From assembly GCA_037447605.1 (NCBI GenBank), contig CM074805.1, positions 3,567,361-3,631,360 of the forward strand: a stretch of DNA of 64,000 nt, written 5' to 3'. The first letter of the stretch is position 1; each line of letters begins with the position of its first letter. Of the stretch, positions 22,801-37,600 are shown piece after piece. A program made the position numbers and the translations under genes. Below the pieces are notes generated by a model. The model saw only the letters and a program-made list of their open reading frames with translations, did not search any database and was not told where the DNA came from. Source of the DNA: Zygnema circumcarinatum SAG 698-1b (taxonomy: Eukaryota; Plantae; Zygnematophyceae).

Positions 22801-24715
22801 GTGGACTACATCATTATATTGTTGGTAGGCCAGTTTTCATATGCACCTTTTTGTTTGGTTCTGGCAAATATCTGACAAACATTTTATGCGATGAATGAAA
22901 AAGTACCAAACAACGCAAGATTTTGATCAAATTTTGCAAAAGCTATGAGGCAGTGCACTATCTTAAGGTTATGTACGCACTGGTGTTATTTGACCTCTCC
23001 TGATCGACCTTTCTGGTGGGCAGGTGGTAGAGCTTCTGTCAAATGTTCTAGAGCATCTTGTGACAGGGGAGATCATGCAAATGGTGGCCGAGCCGAGGCA
23101 GCACTGCAGGTGGAGATGAGGATGTCTCTTAGTTTGCATCAATTTATGTGATGAAATGGCATTATGTTGACGAGACTTCCGTACTCCTTGAGAGTTTTAT
23201 GGTCTCCAAAGAGAGCGTGATTGTGTCGACTATTCTTCAACTTTTCTGCCGCTGATTTTTTTGTATTGTTGGCTTTTTTTTTGTTGAGACCAGCATGGAA
23301 TATTACCTGCAGAAAAATTTCTATAAAACAGCTTCTCTTCTGGCCAACAGTTGCAAGGCGATTGCCGTCCTTGGCCACCAGACACCTGACGTTGCCGACT
23401 TGGCATTTCACTATGGCCGTCATCTTGTGAGTCCTGCTGATGCTTCAACCCAAAGTGGTGCTAAAAGGGATGGAATGTCATTAGGAAGATGGGTTTCTTG
23501 CACCTTTTTGTCTTCACTTGTTTATTCAAGTTCGTGGGACCACCCTTTTCAGGAATTGCTGCTTTTTTATTTTTGGATCTGCGTAAGCTGTCGCACTGGT
23601 TCATTGAAACTAGCCGACCACTTTCTGTATACTCTAGATGGCTCACCCTGGGTAATGATCAGTTCTTCGAGTGTAGGTGTGCTATCATGAAGTGCTGACT
23701 TAATTTTCCTAATTTCCCGCAGGGCCAAGCCTTTCAGCTGGTGGACGATGCCTTAGACTTCACTGGAAGCTTTGCCACACTGGGGAAGCCGACACTATCA
23801 GACTTGCGAGAGGTAAGAGTTTTTCCGCAGTTCAAAGGTAACCCCGGCTCAATGGGCCATAGGTCCAATGCTAGTTCTAGCCGACGAGTCCTTGCCTCAA
23901 TAACCTACTGACTCGCACATTTGGCCATGGGCACCTTACCCTCTCATGCTTCCTTGCTTCTTATTATCTGGGATACCATAATGCCCTGAGGTGCATAACA
24001 TGTGGCATCATATCGTCAAAAACGCTGGAGGTGTTGGCTGCAGGGCTTAGCAACGGCACCGGTCCTATTTGCAGCTGAGCAACATACTGGCATGCTGGAC
24101 CTCATTCATCGAAAGTTTTCTCGAGCGGGTGATGTGGAACAGGTAGATGTCATGCAATTCTATTGAAGTTTATTTTCATTGATTTGCAGAACACAAAGTT
24201 CACGGAGTTCTGTTGGTGTCAAGCATGAATGTTGGTTGAAACATGTGAAGAAAGTCAGAGGGCATCTGGCTCTCGACTAGCAGCTATCAGTATTATCTGG
24301 TTAATGGGGTCGAAGCGATGTGCCGCTTATTGTGGTGAAAGAAACCGCGCGTTTGTGGGGTTGTGTGTCCTTCTTTTCTGCCTTTTCTCCTGCTTTTGTT
24401 GTTTATGATTTGATGCATGTGTTGGAACCACTGTTTTACTGTCTTTACCTCCATCACTAGAGGGCTAAACGGTTCCTTACGCTCGCTCCCTTTTTCTTTT
24501 TCTAAATGTTTCTATGCCTCCTGGTGGGTGAGCAGGCATTGGCGTGGGTGAAGACGAGCAGAGGCATTGAGCGCACACATGCGCTTGCCGCTGAGCATGC
24601 CGCCTTGGCAGAAAATGCAATTCTCTCTCTCCCGGCAACAACATCCGAAACCGCAAAACTTTGCAGGCAGGGCTTGATAGACATTAGCTCCCGAGTCCTG
24701 ACCAGACGGAATTGA
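19895..24715 (+). CDS. Trans long-chain prenyl (solanesyl/polyprenyl) diphosphate synthase, GPS1/SPS3 type, probable organellar presequence
   Basis: Exons give [53 protein letters not shown] (FARM), [17 protein letters not shown] (SARM), [10 protein letters not shown] and VLTRRN*. The 5' exons are less certain. Confidence 0.92.
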
Positions 24716-25749
24716 TTCATTGTACTTTCAGAAGAGAGGGCGGGGGCCGTTCTTCCAGGGAGAGATCCATTTATGCGCAGGTGTAGAATATGCAGAGATT
24801 TGATCGCTAGTTCAATTTTTTGTGGGCGGGCTCACTTCCTCCTGCAAGAGATTAATCCTTTGGGCTCACATTTCGGAGCTCTGCTTCGTTACTCTCTCTT
24901 GTAAACTGGAAATTATTTGTCCACCACCGGTAGCTTCAAGTCTGCTGATGTTGTAGAAGCTGACGAACAACTGTTAACGTGGGGTATGAGTAGGCCTCTC
25001 GCGCAGGAAAACTGTTGCCTTAATTTGTAACATGACGGCAATGAGTACAGATGGCAATGAGTACAGATGTATTGGTTGCCATCGAATGTTGGAGACGGTT
25101 GTCAGTAACATGGCGGGTCCGCAGATTTTCCTTGCCAATTCTGTCTCGAGGTTGAAAGTCGACGTTTGTATGACGATGGCTGGGGGAGGACAACCCTTTT
25201 TCCACACGCCACCTATTTAATGGTATTTGCACCTCTTGACCTGCCAAGCCGCTGAGATGGTTTTACTTTGCCATCGATCTATTGCGGCTCTCAGTTATCT
25301 GTTAGTTCAACGCTCCTCACAGCGCACGCAATGCGTTATTTCAACTCGTTTTCTGTGTTGCTTACGGCCCAAGCCCGTCATGCGACATTGTGGGCTCGGG
25401 CTTCCAAACACAACCTCCTCTCTCTTGCCCGAACCATGAGGAAGAAGGCTGAAGGGGCTGTTTGCCTCCCTGGACAAGTCCTCTCCAGACTCCTCTCCTC
25501 TCATAAGACTCTCACAGGCCAACAAAGAAGTCTACATGCTCCGTCATAGGGAAAAAAGCCCCTCCAGCCGTGTGACTGGCGATTGATCATTCCTTCCTTG
25601 GTGCGTACATTCTGTCAGCTGCTCGTTCACGCAGCAAGAGGTGTACTCTGAGCTCAAGTGCTACGTGCACTCATTGTAGCGTTCCTCTCAGCGGTGAACA
25701 CCATGACCACTCTGTAGCAATCATCTTGTCCAATCAAAACCTGAACTTT

Positions 25750-28700
25750 CTACGCGCTTGGGCCGGCGATCCTGCCTGCAATACGGTCCAGGTCACGCTG
25801 TCCATCGTTTGTGATCCGCCTCCCTCTGCACCCAACGGATGCCCGTCAGACTATATCACAACAATCCCGCAACTGTGATACAGCCTGCAGGAACGAGGCA
25901 AAAGGTACCTGGCCAGGCAAGTCGCCTTTGGTACCACTCAATCCCTTCCATATATACATCCCTTTGGACACGAGCATGTGTGAGACTACATCGCTGGGAC
26001 AGCTAACTCTAGCTTTCTCTCTTGGGCATCTGTTAATTTGAAGAGTCGAAAGCATTTGGAAGTATGGCCATCAGAAAGCAAAAAAACACAAAACATTCAT
26101 GCTCCCCACAACAGGCTATGAACATAACTCCTCTTTCGTAACAGCCAGTTAAAGCGTTTGCCACCCTCACCCCTTCGGATCTTTCTCCAGGATGTTGATA
26201 GCCTCCAACTGTTGCAGAACGTGCCGAGCAATAGAGCCGCTGCTCGATCTGAAGTGAGATGGCCGGGAACCGTTGTTCTTACTACCACCTGCACACAAAT
26301 ATAGTGCACATTTAAACAGATGTATAGTTTGACGCACTTGAAGACAGAAACACCAAGACAAGACGTAGATCCCTCAGCGTGGAACATGGTTGAGACATAC
26401 CGCTGGTGAAAAGTACTCAGAAACGAGGTTTGATTAGAAGATATCACTAAATATATAGTTTTGGAAGAGAAGCTATTCTCAAAGTGACAGCTACTTTCCA
26501 ACAATGAGAGTAACGGTGAGCATTTTGAGTTATTGGTGAAAAAAACGTGATGACCAGGAACTGCAAATGAATGATTGGCGGTAAGCTTATGTGCATTAAC
26601 AGTTCAATGAAATCTTCTCATCGGATTCTATCAACTCGACTCGACTGGACATTGAAACAACACTGAGACTTCTTCCTTACTACGACTCTCCTTTGCATTA
26701 CCGAAGCCCTTCGTCATGAATACACCGAGAGTAAACAACCGCTTACACGACGTTTCGTGACATCTACAGATGGAAGTATAGCTGAGTAACAAGCAGCAGA
26801 AGACTGCGCCATGCTTACTGAAATCCAAGCATTACGAGTCCTAGTACCGCATATTGGTGATTGAGTTCACTCTGCCTGATATCACTGTGACTTCACAATT
26901 GCATGCTTTGCAAATATCGTATGCAAAACATTACAATCATACTCTTACCTATTCTTGGCATTAATCACGATTCCAACTAACTTCTGAGACTCCTTCCCGG
27001 GTTTGCAAAAGACACCTCCCCACATGGAAAGGTATGTGCGATCATTACTAGGAGCCAGGCTCTTAGGAAGTGCTGATCCTCCCTACTATATCCATTTTCC
27101 CTAAATCTTCAATTCCAAGCTACAAAGACCGACCAACTATGTATCAAGCCATACTCCTCACTTAAGTGGGGAAGCTGCAGGAGAAGTTCTATATGAAGGA
27201 AATAAGAAAGCAGTTTTGACACTCACCATACATCCTCTTCAGCGCTCCAATGCCAAGCCCCTGACGGAGATACACTTTGCGGGCAATGGAAGCTGGATAC
27301 AAGAACAAAAATGAGAAATATTACATATTGGCTGAACAGGCATGAGAAAATCCATTGGCCATGAAAAGATATAAAGGCTTTCCTACAGAAATGCGTTTAT
27401 CACCTAACTCACGTAGCATTAACCACAACAACTTCAGTACAACTGCACTCTGAATCAGCTTGCCATTGCGACAAAGACACTAGTCGAGGACAACCTCAAA
27501 CGCGTCTCCTACGCCCCATTTCTGTTGTAACTCGTTCTAGAACTACCACATACCAGACTGCAGTGAACAAACATTCGCCATTACAAGGCCTTTATTATCT
27601 CCAGCCTTTGGTCGTCCACCCGTGCAATACAGCGCCTTCAGCGTATATTCTCATACCCCCATAAGCAAAAGCCATCATCACCTGCCCCCCTCTCTCGGGC
27701 AACCACTAAAAAGCCCTCCGTCTAAACAAGCTGAAACGCATACCTGCGCGAACATAGTACCAGTCAGGGTCATAAGGCGCCAGCTCCTTGTATGTGGCTG
27801 TCTTCACCAGGTCGGCCCAAGTAGGCACCTCGACCTGCAATATTGAGATTTTTTTATCACAAAGCAGAAACAAAATAAGTGACAACTTATGCTGAGAAGG
27901 GTTCGTCGAGAGAGCTCGCCATATTATAAAACCTGCTGTTTAGCGAAATTCAGACCGTTTCATATTCCTAATTCCTCCTTTCGCCTCACCCGACTCATGT
28001 CACTTGGAAAAATACTTTTAATATGAAAAAACGAGGGCTCCCCAACCACGTCCAATTGTTGAGGTTGCAAGGAACGAATATAGGCAATTATTTAGCAGTG
28101 TAAAAAATCAGTGGATAAATGCTTTATTCTCTCTCCAATAAGCAGCCACTATCGTGCATAAGCCCCGAAACATAAATGACATGAAGGTCCAGGTGCGAGA
28201 CTTGGAGGATTGGAAGTGGATCAACAAAGGACCTAGGAGCTTTGAAAATTCAATAGAAGTTCCAAAGCATCAGTGTGGCGGAAGACACTCAATGGACGCT
28301 GCGCTGGACATGCGGCAAGGGAAAAATACACAAGGAACACGGACGCCTCAGGCACAAGCTACAGAGTATAATGCTTCCAGATGACGTTGGAAATCAATGC
28401 GGCTAGGTTACAGTCGGAGCTCTTGAACGCCAACGGAACTAAACCCTAAACCCGAAGCTTCCGCCACTAACGAAGCCCAGAGATCTTATAAAGCATAAAA
28501 GTATCCCTAAACTCCTTCACTGCATGCGCTGCAGCTACACCCTCTTTCTTTCGAACGACCTCCGTCCTCCACACAGTCCCCCGTTCCCTGTACTAACCTC
28601 CCAAACTCAGCCTCCCATCCACCCACCTTCTAAAACCCTAAAAACGCCCTCCCATACACACCCCTTCCAGTAAAAGCTCCCCAACTGCAGACGAATTCAG

Positions 28701-28804
28701 CCCCCCAGACCCACCTTTCCAGTGCGCTTGAGATGCGCGGCGTAGGCCCTCACAAACTCGTGCGAGCTCACATCCTTCACCGTGTTGGCAGGCAGCGTCG
28801 CCAT
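25750..28804 (-). CDS. RPS19: 40S ribosomal protein S19 (eS19), 5 exons
   Basis: [30 protein letters not shown]|[30 protein letters not shown]|[10 protein letters not shown]...|GSRPSHF...|[17 protein letters not shown]. Confidence 0.97.
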
Positions 28805-28840
28805 GGCTCCGCAGGAGGGCCGAGGGCGCAGAAACCCTAA
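28441..28840. promoter_or_regulatory. Telo-box (AAACCCTA) elements at the RPS19 5' end and in intron 1
   Basis: AAACCCTA at ~28441, ~28633 and ~28832; telo-boxes are typical of plant ribosomal protein genes. Confidence 0.6.
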
Positions 28841-29203
28841 TGCCGGGGCGGCTGCGGCGGAAGAGGGCGCCTGCGGGCGGCCGAGGGCGCTAAACCGCGG
28901 GGGCTGCGCTCTCGTGGGGCGGGCCCTCTGCGGTCGCTTGCTTATATCGCGATATATCTCCCTTCACTATATCGTAAATTGGATTTGCAATAGTACGATA
29001 CGTTAGGATACGATACGGTATTCCTGGCGATATTTTTGGATTGAACTGGAACGGAGGTGACATCGATACGGGGAATACTGGAACGGGTTTAGAACGGAGC
29101 GTGATTCACATATGAAGGGCGAGTGCTCTCTAAGCAGAGGGCTTGCAAGGGATCTTTTTCTCCACGTCTCTCGTCTCCCTCGGACTGCTCGCAGGGGGAG
29201 GCC

Positions 29204-32200
29204 ATGGATGCCGTGCGCTCCTCTCCGCAGAGCGCGCCGGTTGGAGCTGCTGCTGTGGCTGGCGGAGGGCCCAATGTGCAGGAATCTCTATCTGCAATTA
29301 TGGGTGCTGTCGCCATCATTCTGGCGGTATATACGCGCTCCCTGGAATGACTTGATTTTAGCATGCTTGTTGAATTTTATGTCAGCGTTTACAGCGGTCA
29401 TGGGTACTTATATAGGTAGATTAGGAGAAGGGAAAGGGACGGCGTGGTCATGATTTCTCCTTCAACCGCATCCGAGGCTCTTGCTACGTTTCATTCTGTG
29501 GTTGATATCATTTGTAAGTATCCCCTTTGTCAGCTGGTGAACAAGATGCAGTTAATGAATGAACCTCGGCATTCTTAATTGGCTTCCGCATGCGCGCAGA
29601 TAGCTGTTCCTGTAGCAGGCGCAAATTTTGGTATTCTGCATTCCATACCGGAAGGCCACGTAGGAGTCTACTGGAGGGGAGGAGCTCTGCAAAAGTACAT
29701 TTCATCACCAGGTGAGGTGTCTCGTTAGCTCAAGCTGTCAAAATGTACAAGAGGTTGGTCTTAGTCAAAATTGTAAGCAATAACGCTGCATAATGTTCCA
29801 AGCACTGTAGGATTTTCTGTCTGCATGATCTTGATCATCATTTGGCCTGTCTTTTGTAGAAACTAGGATCTTTGCCATAAAGCCTCGTCCAACGGGAATA
29901 TTTATTGCTGGAGTGTTTGATTTTGGGTGGGTTAAATTGCAGGGTACCACATGTTGTTTCCATTTCTGACAACCTATGAAGCAATTCAAGTGACAATGCA
30001 GACTGACCAGGTACTGGAATTGAATTCTATTCATCTATTTCTTTGACCATTTTTTCGAACTCGCAAATCCGTAATCAACCCTAGCGATAATTATTTTTGA
30101 TGGAAGCATTTGTAAACTTTTTGCACTTTCTTAAACTTTTTTTGTCGAGAAAGCAGACGCAGCTCCTTGGTTCCACCAGAATAGTTGAAACTAGTTCTGA
30201 TGCTCCTAGAACCACATGAATAAGCTTTTGGATGTTGCTATACAAAAGCAGTCACAATATATCCAGGAATTTTAATCATAATATATGTATTTACAAGGCG
30301 AATCCATGATTTTGGATTGTTTAAGTTTAGGAATTGAACTATAGATACCCTCAAGTCGCTAAAGGTAGTGACAGTGTTCGCTTGCCTACTTTTGCTACAT
30401 TGGCTTGCTGAAGTCCAAGAACAATCCTCTTTCTATTTTCAGTTGAATCATGTTCTGGAACTCGCTTCTCTTGACAGAGCGGGGACTTGTACTTATGGTG
30501 CCATTAATCTATGGACTTGCCATGAAGAATGGTGATTAGAAGCACCTTGTAATCGCTTTGTAGGCTGTGGAAGCCTTGATTGCAGGTAACAAACATTCCG
30601 TGTGGGACAAAAGGAGGAGTTATGATATATTTCGAGAAAGTTGAGGTGTGACTTTTCTTTCTAAAAGCTCAAACTATGCTAGTTTTTTTTATATGCTCTT
30701 GCTTTGGACTTTCGTAGGACGAATACTTACTAAGTCGTTGCCAATGTTCGTGAACCATAGCTGTCGCATTTGGAATAGACCGGGCTAGTTATAATGGGAC
30801 TTCAGATCATCGAGAGATACAGGCATGACACATTGCCGTCTGACTCTTTCACAAGGCATCTTGCACTGCAGGTCAGTCCCTTGCTGTTCGGGCAGCAAAT
30901 GAAGTGAGTTGAATGTACTCTGCTTATGGACTCCATAAACCAAGTATGGGTAAGGAATTCATTCAGAAAGGGTTCGCTTTGGGAGGAGACTTGCAAAATG
31001 ACTGTTCTTTAATTAGGAAAGGCTTTAGAGCATCATATTTAGCCTGTGGTCACAAAACACAATTGGCCAGAGAAATTTCGTCGAACACCAATTGAATTGT
31101 CTCCCGTTTGCCCACATACTTGCATCTGTCAAGCTTTCATAAGATTTTGGTTTGGATGCATATTTCCTCTGTTCCTGTCTACCTTTCTTCCTAAAAGTCC
31201 TGCTTGAATACGTAAAGGAACACTCGTGTCTTGCACGCATCATACGTGGCGTATGGTGCAGTGTTTTGGCAATGGCTCAGTGAGTGTCACCCATTCACTC
31301 TTTCGGCCGCATTGTTTGATGACAATCATCTATCCTTGACAATATGGTCATGCTGTGTGATCTATCTTATGTTACTGGCCAGGCTTGCTTTATCCTTTTA
31401 GATACCCCTAAAGGGATCCGCACTGGGTTGCTTTGTCATATAAGCTGTTTTAGGCCTTGAACTCAAGGCCTAAAACAGCTTATACTGATGCCCTATACTG
31501 ATAGTATGTGCTACTTCTAAAAAATTGTCGCAGCGTGTCTTCCGGGATGGATTGTGCTATGCTTGTTGGATTGGCAGGTGGTTAATCGTCTAAATAAGGA
31601 GTACGTTTATGAGACAATCAAGGAGTATGGTGTGAACTATGATAAGACTTGGATTTACGACAAGATCCATCACGAGATCAACCAGTTTTGCAGTGCACAT
31701 TCCTTACAGGAGGTGTACATTGACAAATTTGACACGGTAGAGCATGCTCTTCTTACTGATTTTGCTCTTGTGATACCTTAAATTTCCCTCGCAAAATCCG
31801 TGGCTCGTTACTAAGTGACCTGGAAGTACAGGTTCGCATGTAGTACTATGTGCTATCATTCTCTTCATTAAGATTGGGGCGAGGGGGAAGGAGATTGCAG
31901 ATTGATGAGCAAATGAAGGAGGCCATCCAGCGCGATCTCGTCAAGTACGCACCAGGAATAGAGATCATTGGCGTGCGCGTCACGAAGCCCACCATTCCTG
32001 CCAGCATCGCCAAAAATTATGAACAAATGGAGCAAGAACGGACAAAAGTGAGGTCAACTTTCAATAATCTGGATAACAATTCCATGTTGTAGTAAAACTG
32101 ATTACTTCAGAAATTCATATGATGTTAGTTCCCAAGGTTCTTCCTAGAGAAGGGTGCTCCAGAGGTGTCTGCAAAAATGGGGGCTATGCGGGTATAACCA

Positions 32201-33454
32201 GACAACTAAAGGAAGGAGACAAATGGAGGGTTCAGTGCATGAGTTGTGGACTGCGTTTGAATTCGAGACCGCAAGCAGGACGGCCAAAATGACAGCAGTG
32301 GAGATATTGAAAATAGTAGCGGAGAAACTGAAGGTTGTAGTCACGTAAATGTGACAATCTATCTACCAGATAAGAGAAGCTCGCAGTAAAATTAAACAGT
32401 GCTCCAGGAACTCGTTAGCAAAACATTAAATCCATGCATAATTACTGCTTTTGGATGTGATTACATTTCTCTGAACATCTCGGAGTTGCTGCAGGTTCTG
32501 ATTGCCGTTGAGCGTCAGAAGGTAGTGGAAAAGGAGGCAGAGACAGAGAAAAAACGTGCGGTAACAGAAGCAGAGAAGGCCGCCCATGTGAGCCGCGTCC
32601 TTATGGAACAGAGAGTGCAGGAGAAAGAGAGCCATCGTCTACAGCAGGAGATCGAGAATCTAATTTTCCTGGCAAGGGAGAAGTCGCAGGCAGATGCCGA
32701 TTATTACAAGTTTGTTCATCATCCTCCCTCTGCAGCTCCGCCATGCCTTCACTTCATGCAATCATTTCTAGCCGCTTCATGGGCGGACAGTAGCATAGGA
32801 TATGCTTCAATTATCTTGCTAGCAACCAAGGCATTTCCTTATCCTTTACTTCGCCTAATGCATTATGTCCAAATGATACAGATAAGCCCTTTTTGACATT
32901 CAGTGCATGTCTAATTTGGTTTATGCAGGGTATTGAAAGAGGCGGAGGCGAATCGGCTCAAACTGACTCCGGAGTTCTTGGAGCTGAGGTTCATCGAGGC
33001 AATCTCAAACAACACCAAGATTTTCTTTGGAAACAAAGTAAGTAGAGGGATTGGAGACCTTGGAACAAATGTCTTAATCAGTCAGCATAATTATAACTAT
33101 GAAATGGCGATGTTCATTTCTCATTGCTTCGGCGGTCAGATTCAGAGGCTTCTGATTTGTCCAGTCTTATTTGGACTGGACTTTCTTCGAACAGCATTGG
33201 GTCAATCAATCCTGTCAATTAGCCAGAGCCTATGCCAAGGGTGGAACCCTTTAGAAGCTAAATTTGCAGATTCTCATTCGATGATGGACGCAGTGATCTT
33301 TTCAGGTAGGAAATACTATTCTGAGGGAAAATGATTGAGCCCATTTTATCGGGGTGCTGGACAGGTGCCAAGCATGATTCTCGACCAGCGCCTGTTGGGA
33401 AGCATCATGGGAGGGCAGCAGGCAAACACAGGAGAGAGCGAGCAGAGTAGTTGA
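29204..33454 (+). CDS. Erlin-like SPFH/band-7 ER membrane protein
   Basis: N-terminal hydrophobic anchor; [84 protein letters not shown]. Confidence 0.94.
31439..31484. repeat. Perfect 22-bp inverted repeat in an erlin intron
   Basis: TATAAGCTGTTTTAGGCCTTGA-ac-TCAAGGCCTAAAACAGCTTATA. Confidence 0.95.
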
Positions 33455-34215
33455 GCTTCAGGCTCGAAACTTACGACAACGGCCCTTTGAAGGAGGGCAG
33501 TATGATCCCTTTTTCGTACGATTCTTTGGAAGGGAGCAGGCTCTGCACTGATCAGCAGCCCACAGCGAGCCTATGTTTACAAGGGGTCGTGAATGTTCTC
33601 TTCATACGGAGTATGAGGAAACACTGTGGCTAAGGGGCGGCTCATTTTGCAAACGAGTGTGGAATGGTTCCACTCCGTTGCTGAATTTGCAACCAGTGAG
33701 AGGGAAAGAGCGAGAGCCAATCCCTAGTGTCAGAGGAGTCCTTGGAGTTGTCGGGCGGTGTAGCTTGTTTGGGCGTTGGAACTACAACAACGAATTTTCG
33801 AGCATGCGACTTTGTCTAATGTGTGGGCGTACATGCCCTCGTGCATGTGAACAATACGTGTAGTGGTACTCGAATTTTTTTTTGTCTGAGAGATTCCCAA
33901 TTGGGTGGAATGGAACAAACCAATTCAAAAAATGTTACAAGCGAACAGGAGGAAATGAAAGGAACCAAAAAATAAAATTGTAAAAAAATAATATTACAGG
34001 AGATGTTATCGGCTCTACCATTGAGCACGAATAAGGACAGCAAAACATCCACCAATCAGGTTGGCCTTATTCACATCCACTTGAGTCTCTTGCTACTCGC
34101 CCGAACCCCTTCTGACCTACTTCTCTCCCTCGGGAGATTTCTAATCTGTTTAAAGGACTGTTCTTCCTTTGGTCATTCTGAGAGCCATGACTATTTCACA
34201 CTCTCCCCCCCTTCC

Positions 34216-34225
34216 NNNNNNNNNN
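34216..34225. other. Assembly gap (10 N) within a CT-rich tract
   Basis: Run of n characters. Confidence 1.
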
Positions 34226-34636
34226 CCCTCTTTCTCTCTCTCACACACTCTCTCTCTCTCTCTCTTCATTAGCTTATGTCGTGCAATAACTTGATGTTCG
34301 ATGATATGTAGACCTAGTGAGCAGACTGGAAAAAGAGGCTTTCCCATTGTACAGTACACGCGACAGACTCTGCTAATGCTGCTGCAGCAGCTTCTCCAAT
34401 ACTATGGACAAGAAGTACTCAAGGGCTAGAAACAGATTCTCCTGAATCCCTCACAGTCAGTCCTCAACCCTCGCATATTTCACGTTCGGTGGCGGCCTTC
34501 ATCTCGCACTCCATACCAATAATGCCATCCGCAAAAGTCATCGCTAACTCCCTCCAATCTTGCACCACTATCGCCCTCTCTCGCCCCTCCACTCTCCCTC
34601 GCCCTCCTCTCCCTCTCCCTCCTCTCTCTCTCCCTC

Positions 34637-37600
34637 TCATGTTGCCACACTCCCCATCTCAGTCTTGGGGTCAACGACCTCAGGGTCCGAATCCTCATCT
34701 GTGGGATCCGTCCCCTCCTCCACAGACGACGGAATCCTTCCTGAAGACCTCCCCTTCCGCACCCCCTCGGAACTCATCTCACTGTCCGTCACTCCCTTGG
34801 AAGACACCTCTCCCCTCTCCCTCTCCCTCATCTCCGCCTGCTCCGCTTGCCGCACAGTTTCCTGACTCATTCCAAGAGGGCCCGAGTCCGTGCAGGACTC
34901 CGGAGACTCCTCCGAAGAGAAAAGCCCCCCTCCCCCTCCCCCTCCCCCTCCCTTATTCGGTAACGTTTGAGGGTGCGGATTTTGCTGAACCTGAGAAGTT
35001 CCCAGTGAAATTGACTCCTTGAAAGTCCGCTGCAGCAAGCTAGGAATGGAGCGAAACCTCGAAGCTGGGGGGGATGCAGGGCTTCTCGGACTCTGAGGGA
35101 GAATAGGGCGTCTTGCAGAAGCGAGGAGAACTCCTCTATCGAGTCTTTCGTCCACTTCAAGGCGGCGCAGTTTGCGGCCGGGCTCAGAGTCATGGACGGT
35201 GGAGGTGTCAGTTGTGGAGGAGGGGAAGGAGGAGCTGTAAGAGGCGGCGTGAGGGACGGAGAGAGTGAGTTGGGAGGTGGGGACGTAGAAAGAAGAAGGG
35301 CGTTGGACTTCAAGTTTGGATATGGAGGGGCTCAAGGAGCGGGTTTTGGTGGAAAGGGCGTTGGTAGGGCGGCTAGAATCGAGGGAGGAGGAGAGGGGAG
35401 TTAGCGTTCCAAGGGACTTCATTCCGCGTTGGGAGGGGAGAGGACCGAAGCAGACAGTGCTGATGCTGGGAACGTGGTCGTCTATGAAGAGAGTGAGAAT
35501 GAAGCAAGTGAGGAGGAGAACGTGCTGCAGGAGGAGGAAGGTGGCAGGCTGAACGTCTGGGAGGGAAACAGAGTCAGCAGACAAAGAGACGGAGGTCAGA
35601 ATTGGGTGAATCGTACAGGTTTAATAGACTCCCTGTTGGATTGAAAACACTTTGAAATTCCGAATCCCTCCTAGAAAAAGGTGAAACAGATGAGGGTGTG
35701 TGTGTGAGAGTGAGTGAGTGTGAGGGAGGGAGGGGGGGGCTCACTTGGAGCAATGTCTCTCCGGGCTGCGTCGGAGAACACCGTGAGAGCGGCGAAAGCG
35801 CAGCAGGAGACAACTGCGTGGGCGATAACAGCCCCGTCTATGTAAAGCGCAAAACTCGTCTTCCAAAGACGGAAGAAATACGGCCACTCCCATCTGCGCC
35901 AAGAGAAGCAACAAACGGAAAACAGTTGATCATAAGCAGCTGCAGAAAGCAGACACAGAGTTTAGATCGTCGTTTCAAAACGAAAAAAAGGAGGACCGGG
36001 AAAGAAGGGAGCGTGTTGGTGGAGAGAGAGAGGGGGAGAGGAGTGAAGAGAGAGGGTCGAGAGGGAAGGTTTTGCCGTGAAGCTGGTACCTGGCGGTCAT
36101 GTTGTTGAGTGGGACCTTCTTTACAAATGCGAGGAGGATAGCAAAGGCCAAACCAATACCCAGCGAGGCAATGGTCACGTCACGTCGTCCACTGGTTGTA
36201 CCGCTTGTGGCTCCCAGAGACTGCTCGAATAGAAGAAAAAGGAAAAAATTGGTAACAGTTCAAGTTCTAAATCATGTTGTTCGTTTGGAATGGAAGATGA
36301 AACGTTGCAGCGAAAGAGAAAAAGTTGTATTGACTGAATTGTTGAAGTTCACATTCCCTCCACCCTCCCTTCTGCCCCTCTCCTTTCCCTCCTTTCCCCT
36401 CACCTGGAGGCACAAAAAGAGGGTGATGCTGCCAAAGGGGAAAAACTTTGCCAAGCGAGCGAGGTATTCTATGTCGGTTCCGTCTGTGTAGAAATCTCCA
36501 AGACGAAACGACTCTCCGCTCGCATCTGCTCAAGGAAAACCGCTTTAAAGTTGGAGGAAGCAGGAAACGACAGGGAGGGGAAGAGAGATAGGTAGACAGA
36601 GAGAAGAAAGAGCGAGAGAGAAAGCGAGAGAGAGAGAGAAAGAGAGAGAGCGAGAGAGAGAGAGAGAGAGAAAGAGAGAAACAAAGAGAGGAAATTGGAC
36701 AGAGAGAGAGAGAGAGGGAGAGAGGGAGAGAGAAAGCGCCCTCACATGTGGTAGTCGTCCTGCTGGAGAGGCTCCCTATCCTCCTCTCCCACATGGCATT
36801 GCTAGCTGCCCATTTGGACCGCGCCGGCCTCTGCCCCGAAGGCGGAGTTTGCAGCCACGAGGAGCGCGGACTGCTGAACACATCCACCGCCGTCTCCTCC
36901 ACTCTCCGTCCCTCCTGCACTCCTCCTCTCCCTCCGCCCTCTCTCTCCCCTCTCCCTCCCGCTCCTTCCCCGCCTCCTCCTGCCGCAGCTCCTTCTCCTT
37001 CCCTACTCCATTGTCGGGATCCAATTCCCGGGCGATCCCCCAAGTCGGGGTCTGTCATAGACGCTTTGTGGGAAGGAAGAATGGGTGGGGGAGGAGTAGA
37101 AGGAGCGGGAGGGAGAATAGGAGCGGGGAAGGGAGGGCCACGGCGAGCCCACTCTCTCTCCCCCCCTCTCACTCTCTTCCTATCTCTTTCCCCCACTGGT
37201 GAGCTTTCACTAGGGGCTTCAGAAGCCATAGCAGACATCGCTCCTGAAGCACAAAACGGGAAGCAAAAGCCGCCTGCTGGGGGAACGTTGGGGAGAGACA
37301 AGGAGCGGCTCAAATACGGAGAACTGTCAGAACGAGGGGCCACACGTGCTCCTGGAATTACTATCTCCCCCTTGGAGTTAATATTGATATTAAGTTTGTC
37401 GAAGTCTCGTATTCTTCCTCGCCCTGCAAACTCCTTCTGGCTACGAAAATTCGCCTCCTTCCCAAACCCACGACTGAAAGTTTGCACCCTTTGGAGCTTA
37501 TCGATTCCATGGCTGACATTCCCTTTCGCTTCAAAGCCCACATCGAACCTCGTTCTCCGCTCCGGGATAGCGCCAGTTTCCTCGCTCTCCGTTTCACTCT

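Noticed and set aside
25037-25068. 16-bp tandem duplication GGCAATGAGTACAGAT x2
   Set aside because: Ordinary slippage duplication in 3'/intergenic DNA
27638-27682. Box C (GTGATGA) and CTGA on the minus strand in an RPS19 intron as an intronic snoRNA
   Set aside because: The boxes are only ~45 nt apart and I found no recognisable rRNA antisense element
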